Part shown: one piece after another, positions 49,596-58,939 of the stretch | Numbering within the stretch: position 1 is the stretch's first letter | Layout: each line of letters begins with the position of its first letter | Source: Holosporaceae bacterium | Lineage (GTDB): Bacteria; Pseudomonadota; Alphaproteobacteria; UBA3830 | Direction: 5' to 3' | DNA length: 59,179 bases | NCBI GenBank assembly: GCA_031282425.1 | Contig: JAITDT010000024.1 | Location: 1-59,179 of the forward strand | Translations under genes and position numbers: made by a program | Notes under the pieces: generated by a model | What the model saw: the letters and a program-made list of their open reading frames with translations, nothing else | Told to the model about the DNA's origin: nothing | The model's database searches: none

Positions 49596-49623
49596 TTGAC
49601 AATTTTTTTTTTTTTGATACATT
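49596..49623 (+). promoter_or_regulatory. sigma70-type promoter candidate whose spacer is a T13 tract
   Basis: TTGACA (49596-49601), a 16-nt spacer A-T13-GA (T13 = 49603-49615), then TACATT (49618-49623), 35 nt upstream of ATG 49659. Confidence 0.55.
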
Positions 49624-49658
49624 GAAAATAGTTTTTATCATCAAATATGGAGGTTAAT

Positions 49659-50186
49659 ATGAAAAAAACTATTGGAACCGTTAGAGCAATTGTGTTCGGC
49701 AGTATGTTGACAGCGGCGGTTAGCTGCGAGGGAATGCAGATAGAGAATGTTGCAGGCTTGATTTATGATGGAAATGAGCATGACCTAACCCCTCTTTGGA
49801 AAGATTACTTGTCGCAACATTTTGATGCTACACACCGAGCTTATCTTATGCATAATGGTAAGGATTGCTCCCTGTTGTCTCATGCGGCATGTGCTGGAAA
49901 ACCACTGCTGCTCGCAACTATGGGACATCTCGATACTCTTACGCTAGAAGATTTGGGAAATTTATTTTCTGCACTTAAACCAACGGCGTATGCTTCTCAT
50001 GATCAATATACAGCATTGGAGCAAATAGTGCAGGCTATGATTGGGACTTTTGGTATAGATCGAGTACGTCAATATCGTGATGCTCGAGGGCGCTCTTTTG
50101 ACCAAATCGTTGCGGAAGGAACGGCTGGTGATTTTAATGCGCAAAGGAGCATATTTCCTAAGTTGCGTGAGTGGGGTCTTTATTAA
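49659..50186 (+). CDS. hypothetical exported protein (possible lipoprotein; weakly ankyrin-like)
   Basis: GGAGG lies 6 nt upstream of ATG 49659. MKKTIGTVRAIVFGSMLTAAVSC is signal-like. NGKDCSLLSHAACAGKPLLLATMG loosely resembles an ankyrin repeat. Confidence 0.5.
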   Translation: MKKTIGTVRAIVFGSMLTAAVSCEGMQIENVAGLIYDGNEHDLTPLWKDYLSQHFDATHRAYLMHNGKDCSLLSHAACAGKPLLLATMGHLDTLTLEDLGNLFSALKPTAYASHDQYTALEQIVQAMIGTFGIDRVRQYRDARGRSFDQIVAEGTAGDFNAQRSIFPKLREWGLY

Positions 50187-50209
50187 CGCTTAGTGAAAGG
50201 CTTCGGCTT

Positions 50210-50413
50210 CTACAAGCAGATAATTTTGGTCCTACGGAAATATATTTCCTCAGGAGAATGGGTTGCGGCGCGTAAGGCGGAATATGGCTTTAAGATTTCC
50301 TCGCAGTGCGCCGTATTTCTTATGGATAGGAGCGCGTACTCTGAACAAGTGGGATAAAACTTGCATCGGGATTTTAAATAACAGGATAATGTTTTTTGAT
50401 AAATGCGAATCAA
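50210..50413 (-). pseudogene. yidD: yidD-like (membrane protein insertion efficiency factor), N-terminally truncated and C-terminally divergent
   Basis: IRIYQKTLS...CKFYPTCSEYAL matches the YidD core. Only a TTG start is available, the usual N-terminal residues are missing, an IS200 relic abuts it, and the usual C-terminal Cys/His/Pro motif reads ALRAATHSPEE. Confidence 0.45.
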
Positions 50414-50439
50414 TTACTACCGTCTGAGTATCTGAAGAT

Positions 50440-50640
50440 AGGCCGATTAAGGATGAATCCTTCTTTTCGTTCCATGTTTTGAAAGCAGAATCCTCATCAT
50501 TTTGATCATCAATGTATTGTTTAACTACATCCTCTGTAACTGCTCCAACCGTACTGCAAAAGTAGCCTTTAGCCCAAAGATGATATCCCCAATATTTTTA
50601 TAAGTTCGGAAAATTCTCACAGCATCGCGCTGTACGTCCT
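50440..50640 (-). pseudogene. IS200/IS605-family tnpA C-terminal relic
   Basis: Minus strand reads ...ENFPNL*KYWGYHLWAKGYFCSTVGAVTEDVVKQYIDDQ, the conserved C-terminal block of IS200 TnpA, interrupted by a stop. Confidence 0.7.
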
Positions 50641-50898
50641 TTTAAGTACTAAGCAATTTTTGCAGACGATAGGTAACTGTGAGCTTTTAGGACGCTAAAG
50701 CGTAAGGTTTATGCCCGACATATGGAAAATAAACGCACAACCATTTTATTAAAAGTCTTCGCGCTAGTACCATGTCGTAAAAAATGCCTGAAAGTAGAAA
50801 AAACATAATAAAAACAATCATATATTGACATGCCCAAAAAGAAAGCAAACAAATATAACTATATGAAAACTTGCGCTTTTTGTATTAGTCAGAAATAG

Positions 50899-51150
50899 TT
50901 ATCCACAAAGATATCCACAATTTTTGTTGATAACTCTTTCAACGATAGTTACGATTGCCATCGTAGTTAATAAAACAACGAGGCAATTGTCGTGTTTTGG
51001 CAGTACAGCCAATGATAGAAAGCATGATACAATATCGTTATGATAATACGTTCTAACATTTAGCAAAGAATCGAGTTTTAGCTTTAACGACCTAATTTTT
51101 CTTTTCAAGCAACTCCAGAAATATTCGATTGGATTTAATTCAGCAAATAG
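50899..51150 (-). pseudogene. IS630-family transposase C-terminal relic
   Basis: Minus strand reads LFAELNPIEYFWSCLKRKIRSLK..., the same NPIE-x-x-W-x-x-x-K motif as at 1-108. The upstream part of the gene is absent. Confidence 0.6.
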
Positions 51151-51273
51151 GGAGGCTGATCAGATGGCATTCGGTTTTGGCTTCCCAGAGTTCTTTTCTT
51201 TCGTGGATCTACTCTTTTTTTGCATTGTCATATTTTTAACGCTAATTTGGTTGCTAATCCTGAAGTAGGGGAT

Positions 51274-51287
51274 GGGGGGGGGGGGGG
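51274..51287. repeat. G14 homopolymer beginning at the G of an ATG (51272)
   Basis: Counted directly: GATGGGGGGGGGGGGGGACT. All three plus-strand frames stop within 20 codons. Confidence 0.95.
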
Positions 51288-51313
51288 ACTGTTAGTTGAT
51301 GTACTGTCGTCCG

Positions 51314-51730
51314 CTAATACTTGATTTTTCTGAGAATAGTCGATGAGATTTTATCATCTTTGTCTTTACTACCGCGGGATGACCCGAACTCGAAGCTGTA
51401 AGCGTCCTTGAGACAAGCTCCGAAAATCCCGGAAACTGTGGAGATGATGCCCACAACTTCGCCGGGAAGATTGCCGCTATAGGAGGTTAGCGTTAATATG
51501 CAGAAAATTAATCCCAGCGCCGCTCCAACCACCATGATATTCAACCTTCTGTTGCGACCGCAGGCGTTTATTACGGTCACCTTGTTGTCGTCATTTCCGC
51601 TATTTGCATTTTCGAGATCTGGAGTTTTTGGGTTCACTGGCGTCGCAGCGTCGATATGATTGTCGATGGAACGTTGAGTTTCGTTTTTCATTGTTTTTAC
51701 TGGATCTAAAATTATTTTTTCTATGGTCAT
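51314..51730 (-). CDS. small 2-TM membrane protein (holin-like or immunity-like by position)
   Basis: 138 aa with a hydrophilic N-terminus, two hydrophobic helices (IMVVGAALGLIFCILTL and VVGIISTVSGIFGACL) and a charged tail. Its ATG overlaps the upstream stop (ATGA). Confidence 0.6.
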   Translation of the reverse strand: MTIEKIILDPVKTMKNETQRSIDNHIDAATPVNPKTPDLENANSGNDDNKVTVINACGRNRRLNIMVVGAALGLIFCILTLTSYSGNLPGEVVGIISTVSGIFGACLKDAYSFEFGSSRGSKDKDDKISSTILRKIKY

Positions 51731-52146
51731 TTTTTTCTCCTTAATTCATAAAAATAATGTGAGCCGAAAATTCGCTTCGGCTCCAGATAAGCTGCCCAAA
51801 ATGGTCGAATGGTTCGCTCATGATAATGATCGCATCCGTCCGTTAGATCCGGCCATTTTTCCAGTAGCACATTTTGAGCTACGTCAAGACAAATTCTAAA
51901 AATAGAGTGTTCATCGGTGATATTTTTTACCTTTTCATAATTCGCATCCTCGCTGTTCCAGCAGGAAAATTGATATGGAGCAAAGCATACGTCGGCTATC
52001 GTCTTGGCGAAATTTTTATTTTTTCTGTTTACGATGACGTTGGCGATTGCTATAAGAGAAGCTATTCCAAATTTGTATAATTCTCCGCGTCCCTCCCCAT
52101 ATATGGTTTTGGCTAAGGTATTCAGATCGTTTTCCGAGAAGTTCAC
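51727..52146 (-). CDS. SleB-type cell wall hydrolase (Hydrolase_2 family), no signal peptide
   Basis: LAKTIYGEGRGE...IAIANVIVNR...YQFSCWN is the SleB/Hydrolase_2 pattern. Its GTG start overlaps the upstream stop (GTGA). Confidence 0.75.
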   Translation of the reverse strand: MNFSENDLNTLAKTIYGEGRGELYKFGIASLIAIANVIVNRKNKNFAKTIADVCFAPYQFSCWNSEDANYEKVKNITDEHSIFRICLDVAQNVLLEKWPDLTDGCDHYHERTIRPFWAAYLEPKRIFGSHYFYELRRKK

Positions 52147-53030
52147 GATTCCTCCTTTATAAAGTTAATCAAAATTAGATTGGTTTTAGGAGTGCACAGG
52201 ACGGCGTTGCTCCTATAGATGGATTCTTCACTTGTGTTTTTGTTGATTATGCTTATTCGGCAAGCGCCATTTTTCAACTCGTCGTAGAGGTTGGTTCTTT
52301 GGGATGCAGAGAAATTTTTTACGCCGACGAATTGATAACCAGATTCGCTTTTTTGATCCACAGTTGGATCGACACCCAAATTTCGCATTACGCTTAGGGG
52401 AGATATTCGTAGGTATAGCTGCTTTCCATCCGATACGGTCCGAAAAACGCATGATTCTATCAATTGCGGATGCATCCCGTATTCGCATATTCCTCCGTAG
52501 GGATAAATTATGCATTTCGCAAACGTATTTTCGTGCCTCAATAAACCTCTTTGATTTGCGACTTCAGATATTGCTTCGGAACAGACAAGAAATTCCTTTT
52601 CGAAAAGGCAATCTGTCGAAAGATTTATTCGATAATCGCCAAAATCTTTTCCGACGAACGTATTGAGCTCGTTCTCCTGTAAATATCTTCCGGTATTTTC
52701 AAAGGTTACGATAATTTTTGAGCAACAGGATTTTGGATTTTGGATCTGCGATTGCGAATCTACCGGCGGCGAATCATAGAGCGCCGCTCGACCTAAAAGT
52801 TTTGAGTCTTCGAGACGCACTATGGTTGCGCCGCTCGTTATGTGGATCGGCGTAATACCAGCGTTCAATTGAATTGAATCCGGCCAAGAATTCGCTATTG
52901 TTGCGTAGCTATCGTCGCTATGCGATTCAACGACGATACAAGCCGATATGTTTTCGTCCGTATCTGGAATATCCGCGAAATCGCGATGATAGCCGGCAGA
53001 GAGAGCTCTTATTCCTCTCGTAATTGTCAT
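52143..53030 (-). CDS. hypothetical protein (295 aa), operon member
   Basis: Long ORF translationally coupled on both sides. No motif recognised. Confidence 0.6.
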   Translation of the reverse strand: MTITRGIRALSAGYHRDFADIPDTDENISACIVVESHSDDSYATIANSWPDSIQLNAGITPIHITSGATIVRLEDSKLLGRAALYDSPPVDSQSQIQNPKSCCSKIIVTFENTGRYLQENELNTFVGKDFGDYRINLSTDCLFEKEFLVCSEAISEVANQRGLLRHENTFAKCIIYPYGGICEYGMHPQLIESCVFRTVSDGKQLYLRISPLSVMRNLGVDPTVDQKSESGYQFVGVKNFSASQRTNLYDELKNGACRISIINKNTSEESIYRSNAVLCTPKTNLILINFIKEES

Positions 53031-54769
53031 GATTGCTCCATTTCAAAATCCGGCAGAGTTATTTCGCGCGTAATTACTCTCGCCGTATTCAGGGGGTGAA
53101 GATGTAATTTGATTTTCGTCTCGTGTTTTTTTAATTCCGCTGTCAGCTCTGCGCTAGAGCTCGCAACTGTTTGCGCTAGAATGGCAATTTGCTCTTCCGG
53201 AGTATTTTCCACTTCAATTTTTTGTACGATATCCGCAGGATTAACATTGCCGGTATCGGCAGGCACGATTATCATATGGGAATTTAATTTGTCGAAGCTT
53301 TGCGATAAGTCTGCGCCGCTATGACCGATAGTAAATTTGATTATCTTTCGATCGGCGTTGCCCAAGAATCTCATTCTTACAATTTTTCCGGAGATGCGCC
53401 CGCCGCTGAAGCGATCGTCATGAAGGGTGATTTGATCATTTACGCTGGCGTTCATGAATTTCTTTGCTTCGACGCAAAAATCTATCTCGATATTGCGGGA
53501 TGAATAATTAACAAGCGCGATTGCCTTTTGCATCGCGTATTTTATGGCGTTCGCCCCGCGAGTTGTTGCAAAAAACGACGAACTCATATCGTCTTTCAGG
53601 GCGCCGGGAATTTTTTCCACAAAATTCCATTTATCTTGCTCAAAAATTTCGCCAGAAACATGCGCAAATGCGCAGGCGAAAACACTGTCGCCGTATCGAA
53701 CTTTTTCACTGCGCCCATAATAAGTAAAATGACTCCAGATTGGATATTCCTTTGGCAGCTGAAGCGCATTTAATCGCAGATAGACATTTTTCTCCCTCCC
53801 GTACAGAGACGATGGATTAACAATCCGAACTGTTACGGTCTCAACGCGCTTTTGTTTATAAATCCAGCTGAGAATTAATTTTCCGGCGAAATAAAATCGC
53901 CGAAACAGAACCTTTTTCCGATCGGAAGATTTCTGCACGTAGAAATCCGGAGATAAAAGGAGATATTCATTTCCAAATCCGCGATTGTTCGGATTTATTT
54001 CTTTGATATCGCAGTGAATTACCTCATATCCGCCTCTATTGGAAGATATTTTCTTGATTCCAGATTTTATATTTGTAAAGGAATTAATTATACGCTGCGC
54101 AAATTTTGCGGCAATCATTGGCATAACATCGATAATTCCGCGTTCATGCTGAACCCAACTGGCGGATATTTTTAGATTAACAACTCGATATGGTTCTCGC
54201 GCAACTCTCACTCTAATAGAGTCTTGTAAAATTTCGGCGCCATTTATATCGAAATTTTTTTGTCCGTGCTTTATATCAGACAGCGACAATTGTCCGTTTC
54301 GCATATCCCAGCAGAAAATTTTGCCGCATCCTTCCAGGAAAATTGTTGGGTTTTTCAAATCTCTAGAGGAAAAAAACAAATCGTCGAACAGAATGCTATC
54401 TTTTAGTGGCAAATGATTATCAACGGAATGATACCGTTCAAAATTTGCATCGGAAAATTCAGATAATTTGGTCTGAAAATCGTCCGGCTCGGCGATAAAT
54501 TCCAATTCCATTGTCGAACCGCCAAATCCTACGGGGAAGGCAACGAGTCGCCCAGAAAAGATCAACTCCACAGCGCCGTCGGTTTGCATACCTATTTTCA
54601 TATATTTCTTATTTTGTAATTTATCTGCGTCTCGAGTGCCAATTGTTACTTTGGCGATGGCGAATCCACATTCCTTTTGGAAGATTTCCAAAGAAATTAT
54701 CTCTTCGTCGCCACGCCAATTACTTTTGTCTTCATAAAATGAAGAGCTCCAATCGAATATTAATTTCAT
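53027..54769 (-). CDS. hypothetical protein (580 aa), first gene of the operon; possibly phage-tail or baseplate-like
   Basis: Long ORF with the purine-rich AGGAAAGAAGAAA before its ATG. It appears beta-rich. No catalytic motif recognised, so the function assignment is speculative. Confidence 0.6.
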   Translation of the reverse strand: MKLIFDWSSSFYEDKSNWRGDEEIISLEIFQKECGFAIAKVTIGTRDADKLQNKKYMKIGMQTDGAVELIFSGRLVAFPVGFGGSTMELEFIAEPDDFQTKLSEFSDANFERYHSVDNHLPLKDSILFDDLFFSSRDLKNPTIFLEGCGKIFCWDMRNGQLSLSDIKHGQKNFDINGAEILQDSIRVRVAREPYRVVNLKISASWVQHERGIIDVMPMIAAKFAQRIINSFTNIKSGIKKISSNRGGYEVIHCDIKEINPNNRGFGNEYLLLSPDFYVQKSSDRKKVLFRRFYFAGKLILSWIYKQKRVETVTVRIVNPSSLYGREKNVYLRLNALQLPKEYPIWSHFTYYGRSEKVRYGDSVFACAFAHVSGEIFEQDKWNFVEKIPGALKDDMSSSFFATTRGANAIKYAMQKAIALVNYSSRNIEIDFCVEAKKFMNASVNDQITLHDDRFSGGRISGKIVRMRFLGNADRKIIKFTIGHSGADLSQSFDKLNSHMIIVPADTGNVNPADIVQKIEVENTPEEQIAILAQTVASSSAELTAELKKHETKIKLHLHPLNTARVITREITLPDFEMEQS

Positions 54770-54825
54770 CTTTCTTCTTTCCTATAAACGTTGTAAACTA
54801 ATGCTTTTATGATATCGGGGAAGTT

Positions 54826-55710
54826 ATGAATTTAAGCCAAAAGGGATACTATCAGGGGCTGTTTTTTTTAATGATGACGATGACTGTTAGCTGCGCTAAC
54901 GATATCGTAGTAAAATTTATGGGAGAAAGACTAGACGCTCTAGAGGTAATCTTTTTTCGCTTTTTTTTCGGATTGCTCACTTTACTCCCATTTGCGGCTC
55001 TTGAAGGAAGGCGGGTTTTCAAGACGAAGCGACTTGGATTTAACGTGATGAGAGGAATACTTGGAGCGGTGGGTTTCTTTCTCTACACCTACTCGGTAAT
55101 CTATCTTCCGCTTGTGGAAGTCGTGACGATTCTGTGGACGATACCGCTTTTTGTGATAGTTTTATCGATTTTTTTTCTTGGTGAAAAAATTTCCGCCATC
55201 AGGTGGGCGGCCACCTTAATTGGATTTCTCGGATTATCGTTTATTACGCTGTACAACAGTGACGCGTCATTTTCGCTACGGCTTCTGTACGTCGCTCCGA
55301 TCGCGTCAGCGTTTTTATTTGCAGTGCAGGACGTCATGATAAAGAAAGTTGTAGATAACGAGAGCAAAACAACTATGTTGCTTTATTTCGCTATGGTTGC
55401 CGGCGCACTTTCGTTCTTCCCTGCACTTCTTGTATGGAAAACTCCAACGACGCGCGAATACTTCATGCTATTTTTATTGGGCGCTAGTGGAAACTTGATG
55501 CAATATTTTATCTTCAAAGCGTTTAGCGCTACAGACTTGTCTGCGTTAGCTCCGTTTCGTTACATAGAATTTTTACTGAGCGCCATTTTTGCATTTATTT
55601 TCTTCGCTGAAGTTCCCGGCGTAAATGTTCTGATGGGCGCATTGATTCTAATACCCAGCACTTTGTACCTCACTGTCAGTGAAAAGCGTCGTGATCGTTG
55701 TTTTGCTTAG
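54826..55710 (+). CDS. EamA/DMT-family transporter
   Basis: About 10 TM helices in two EamA-like halves; 294 aa. Confidence 0.85.
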   Translation: MNLSQKGYYQGLFFLMMTMTVSCANDIVVKFMGERLDALEVIFFRFFFGLLTLLPFAALEGRRVFKTKRLGFNVMRGILGAVGFFLYTYSVIYLPLVEVVTILWTIPLFVIVLSIFFLGEKISAIRWAATLIGFLGLSFITLYNSDASFSLRLLYVAPIASAFLFAVQDVMIKKVVDNESKTTMLLYFAMVAGALSFFPALLVWKTPTTREYFMLFLLGASGNLMQYFIFKAFSATDLSALAPFRYIEFLLSAIFAFIFFAEVPGVNVLMGALILIPSTLYLTVSEKRRDRCFA

Positions 55711-55759
55711 GCGGCTAACAACTGCCACCTCTTTGTTGCTTCACTGCGTTTGCAGCGAA

Positions 55760-56212
55760 TTATCCGTCGTCATATCCTTTATTTCGCCAACCCAAATTGG
55801 CTGATTGTTGAATGAAAGTTCCCAATTCATCGCGGCAAGAGTAATTAATGCCACCAGGACTAGTTCCTTTTTTAGACATAACAACAACTGCAGGAGGTGG
55901 ATTGAATGGATTTCCTATGCCGGCGATCTTCGCTTCATAGTCCAATCCGTCAAATAAAAGACCAAAAGGACATAATAGTTCAATGAACGTCAGGCCAATA
56001 TGGTCGCCTCGTTTATTAATGGGGAATGCAACGTTTATTACGACAAAGCGGGGATTAAGTCTGTTGATCATTTCTATTTCGAGCTCACCTGCATGACGGT
56101 CGTAAGGCAGGTTGGAAACGAATATAGTACAAAATGTACCATTGGCTGCTAGCGCCTCCTCTTTCATGCTCTCGACACTCAATCTACATAGGACGCAACA
56201 ATACAAAATCAA
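55760..56212 (-). CDS. hypothetical protein
   Basis: 150-aa ORF (ATG 56167 is an alternative start). No family recognised. Confidence 0.4.
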   Translation of the reverse strand: MILYCCVLCRLSVESMKEEALAANGTFCTIFVSNLPYDRHAGELEIEMINRLNPRFVVINVAFPINKRGDHIGLTFIELLCPFGLLFDGLDYEAKIAGIGNPFNPPPAVVVMSKKGTSPGGINYSCRDELGTFIQQSANLGWRNKGYDDG

Positions 56213-56375
56213 TTTATATATCTTTTTATTTCATCATATTTATCAGTAAACAATATAAAATATTTTATCTTTTTTTAAATACGTTTTATGTATAAAACGA
56301 TATCAAAATCTCTTCACAAAGAATTACGGATCCAGTATGGATATGCTATAATCCCCGGAAGATTAGAGTGTGGCG

Positions 56376-57275
56376 ATGACAGATTTACTAGACCCGAAGC
56401 AGGATTATATCTTCAAGAACATATTTGGCGTGAAGCAAAACAAAGTGCTTCTGATTTCATTTTTAAACGCCTTATTCAAAGGAGCTCCTCATATTGTGGA
56501 TCTGACTTTTGATAATCCAAATATAGAAAAGATTCTTGAAAAAGATAAGGCCAGTCGTCTCGATATCAAAGCTACTACGGACAATAAAACAAAAATCGAC
56601 ATTGAAATTCAGATCAAAAATACCGGAGAAATTCCACAGCGAGCATTTCATTATCTTGCAAACATGATGCCGCGAGTTGTGAAGAAGGGAAAATCCTATA
56701 AGGGACCTAACGTTATTGGCATTTGGATTCTGGGAGAGAACGTCACCAATCGTCAGAACGCCATTAGCGAGGCGTATATGACATTTCAGCCGCAGGATCC
56801 GGACCCATATCAGATACTGACCGATAGCGCAAGGATCATTTTTATTGAATTACCAAAGTTCAACCCGAAGAAGGCAGATCGCCGCGATTTACTTACAGCT
56901 TGGCTTTCATTTCTGAAGGATCCGATTTTCATGGACGAATCGTTTCTGCAGGTAGAGGAAGTTCACGAAGCGATGGAAACGCTGAAATACATCAGTGCAG
57001 ATGATGAAATTCGCGCCGTCTCCGACCTGCGGCAAAAGACCATCAACGACCGCAATAGCGAAATGACGGTCGCTAGAGAGGAGGGATTAGCAGAAGGACG
57101 AGAAGAAGGTAGAGAGGAGGGGAGAGAAGAAGGTATCGCCATCGGTGAAGAAAGAGGGAAAGCTGAAGGCAAAAGAGAGGCAGCATTGTCGATGCTGATG
57201 AATAATTTGCCCCTGGATATTATAAGTAAATGCACCGGATTATCGATTGAAAGTATAAAGAATTTGCAAAAGTAG
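56376..57275 (+). CDS. Rpn-family recombination-promoting nuclease / putative transposase (PD-(D/E)XK)
   Basis: MTDLLDPKQDYIFKNIFG N-terminus, RLDIKATT...IDIEIQI (D...E-x-K nuclease core), and a charged EGREEGREEGREEG region near the C-terminus. Confidence 0.8.
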   Translation: MTDLLDPKQDYIFKNIFGVKQNKVLLISFLNALFKGAPHIVDLTFDNPNIEKILEKDKASRLDIKATTDNKTKIDIEIQIKNTGEIPQRAFHYLANMMPRVVKKGKSYKGPNVIGIWILGENVTNRQNAISEAYMTFQPQDPDPYQILTDSARIIFIELPKFNPKKADRRDLLTAWLSFLKDPIFMDESFLQVEEVHEAMETLKYISADDEIRAVSDLRQKTINDRNSEMTVAREEGLAEGREEGREEGREEGIAIGEERGKAEGKREAALSMLMNNLPLDIISKCTGLSIESIKNLQK

Positions 57276-57454
57276 TCTGTTCGCCTAAAGAGTCTGACAA
57301 TCCCCAAAAGCTAATTTTTCATCAAAAAGTGAATTATTTTGAAAATGCCAAAAAGCATGCTTTAGATGCTGTTCGGTCTTAACCGTTAAAACCGCGGCAA
57401 AGAAGCTGAATCTTTAGGATATAGTCAGGGGCGACTTCTCTCCATTTGCAAATA

Positions 57455-58939
57455 CTACCGATGCAGTTGAATTAGCCTGCTCCAAGCCTGCTCTGTTGGA
57501 AAATTCAATATACGCGCGAAAGATGTAAATTGTTCAAACCAATGTTCGATTTCTACTGTACTGGGAATTGCTCCGACGCTGTTTAACTGTGGCTCTTCCG
57601 TAGATATGGGCCCCCAAATAACCGTATAGGGCCAACGAGTGACTTGATTCCCCAGTTCAAGTGATGCATCCATATCGCTAAGGGTATTTACGAATAATAT
57701 ACCATTGATGAACTGTATACCGACAACATTGTTTATTTCTTCTGGACACTTATGCCATAGATCGAAAATCGTGACTAAGGCGAGTTTGTATGATAACTCT
57801 TCAATGAATTTATCTTTATTTTCGGCTATTTTTATAGACAGTGCTCCTAGCGCCCAATTATCATTATCTGTCAGAAAAAATCTCAAATATGTTCCCATAA
57901 TGTTTTTCTCGAATTGCTCCAGTGAGACAACATCATTTATCGATTTCAACTTTTCAGATAAAAGCATCCGAATATGCGTCTCAATGTTTTCCAATCCATT
58001 GAAGAACAACTCTTTCAAAAAAGGATTTTGCATATACTCGTGAACAAATTGGCGCGAATACTCTCCCAAACCGAGCATAGTATGCGTTCCATGGTTCAAT
58101 TCATGACATAATGTGTCACCGTATATTAAATCTCTTACTTTTATCTCGCCGTATTCAGTTGGAGGAGACGCAACTAGCAAAGACGAAAAACATGGATATT
58201 CTTCATCATATGTCTCCTGTCCGCTTATGTCCAAGACCGGATACTCCATCTCCGGTTCTCCATCGTCAGAAAATACTACTACAATCTTACGCTTTTCCTG
58301 AGTTAGGCGTGAATGATTGACAGTCAGAGCCGCCAAAAAAATTATAAGCGACTGCCACTCAACATTTGATATGGACAAGATTGATTTTGCAACCATCTGC
58401 CTAAGCCTACTTTTTGCATGACCTAATTCAGGATCTGCAAGTTCATAAAATTCTCCATAAGATTCATCCGTTCTTCTTACAAAATATGCATTATTTATAA
58501 GTTCTGTGAATTTCTTTTCTACCTCAGTAGCATTTTGTGGATTTTTTTTAAGTAATCCTCTAAAGTATTCCACTAATCCCTCGCTGAGATGCCACTGCAT
58601 TTTTAATCCATTTAATATACTGTTCGCCGTTATTACCCTTGTCTCTCCGATGTAAGGATCTATCTCGCCAGGCTCCGAAAAATTAATCAAATTCTCTTTA
58701 CTATATGGAATTTGGCAACTCCTTGCTTGACTAATTAATTGTCGAATCGATGGATTTGCTGCTGTCGCTACGGCGTTCTGCTGCATACCTACCAAATGAA
58801 ATCCAAGAGCAATCAGAATACTTGCTATGACGTTCAGCGTCGATTTTATTGAGTTTTCTTTAATGTATGCATACACTTCATCAAGTTCAAGCACTGAATG
58901 CCAGCATATTAGCGCTGTTCTTACTAAAAACCTTCTCAT
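57455..58939 (-). CDS. hypothetical membrane-anchored or secreted protein with an HExxH zinc-metalloprotease motif
   Basis: 494 aa with an N-terminal hydrophobic helix (LNVIASILIALGFHLVG) and the single motif LCHELNHGTH. Confidence 0.45.
   Translation of the reverse strand: MRRFLVRTALICWHSVLELDEVYAYIKENSIKSTLNVIASILIALGFHLVGMQQNAVATAANPSIRQLISQARSCQIPYSKENLINFSEPGEIDPYIGETRVITANSILNGLKMQWHLSEGLVEYFRGLLKKNPQNATEVEKKFTELINNAYFVRRTDESYGEFYELADPELGHAKSRLRQMVAKSILSISNVEWQSLIIFLAALTVNHSRLTQEKRKIVVVFSDDGEPEMEYPVLDISGQETYDEEYPCFSSLLVASPPTEYGEIKVRDLIYGDTLCHELNHGTHTMLGLGEYSRQFVHEYMQNPFLKELFFNGLENIETHIRMLLSEKLKSINDVVSLEQFEKNIMGTYLRFFLTDNDNWALGALSIKIAENKDKFIEELSYKLALVTIFDLWHKCPEEINNVVGIQFINGILFVNTLSDMDASLELGNQVTRWPYTVIWGPISTEEPQLNSVGAIPSTVEIEHWFEQFTSFARILNFPTEQAWSRLIQLHR

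Noticed and set aside
327-50186. The two small exported proteins downstream of homopolymer tracts (327-854 and 49659-50186) are both exactly 175 aa, which suggested paralogy.
   Set aside because: By eye their sequences share no alignable similarity, so the equal length appears coincidental.
57085-57135. A short tandem repeat encoding EGREEGREEGREEG in the Rpn-type gene.
   Set aside because: It is an imperfect 12-nt coding repeat in a charged linker that is common in this protein family. It is not a CRISPR array or a regulatory repeat.
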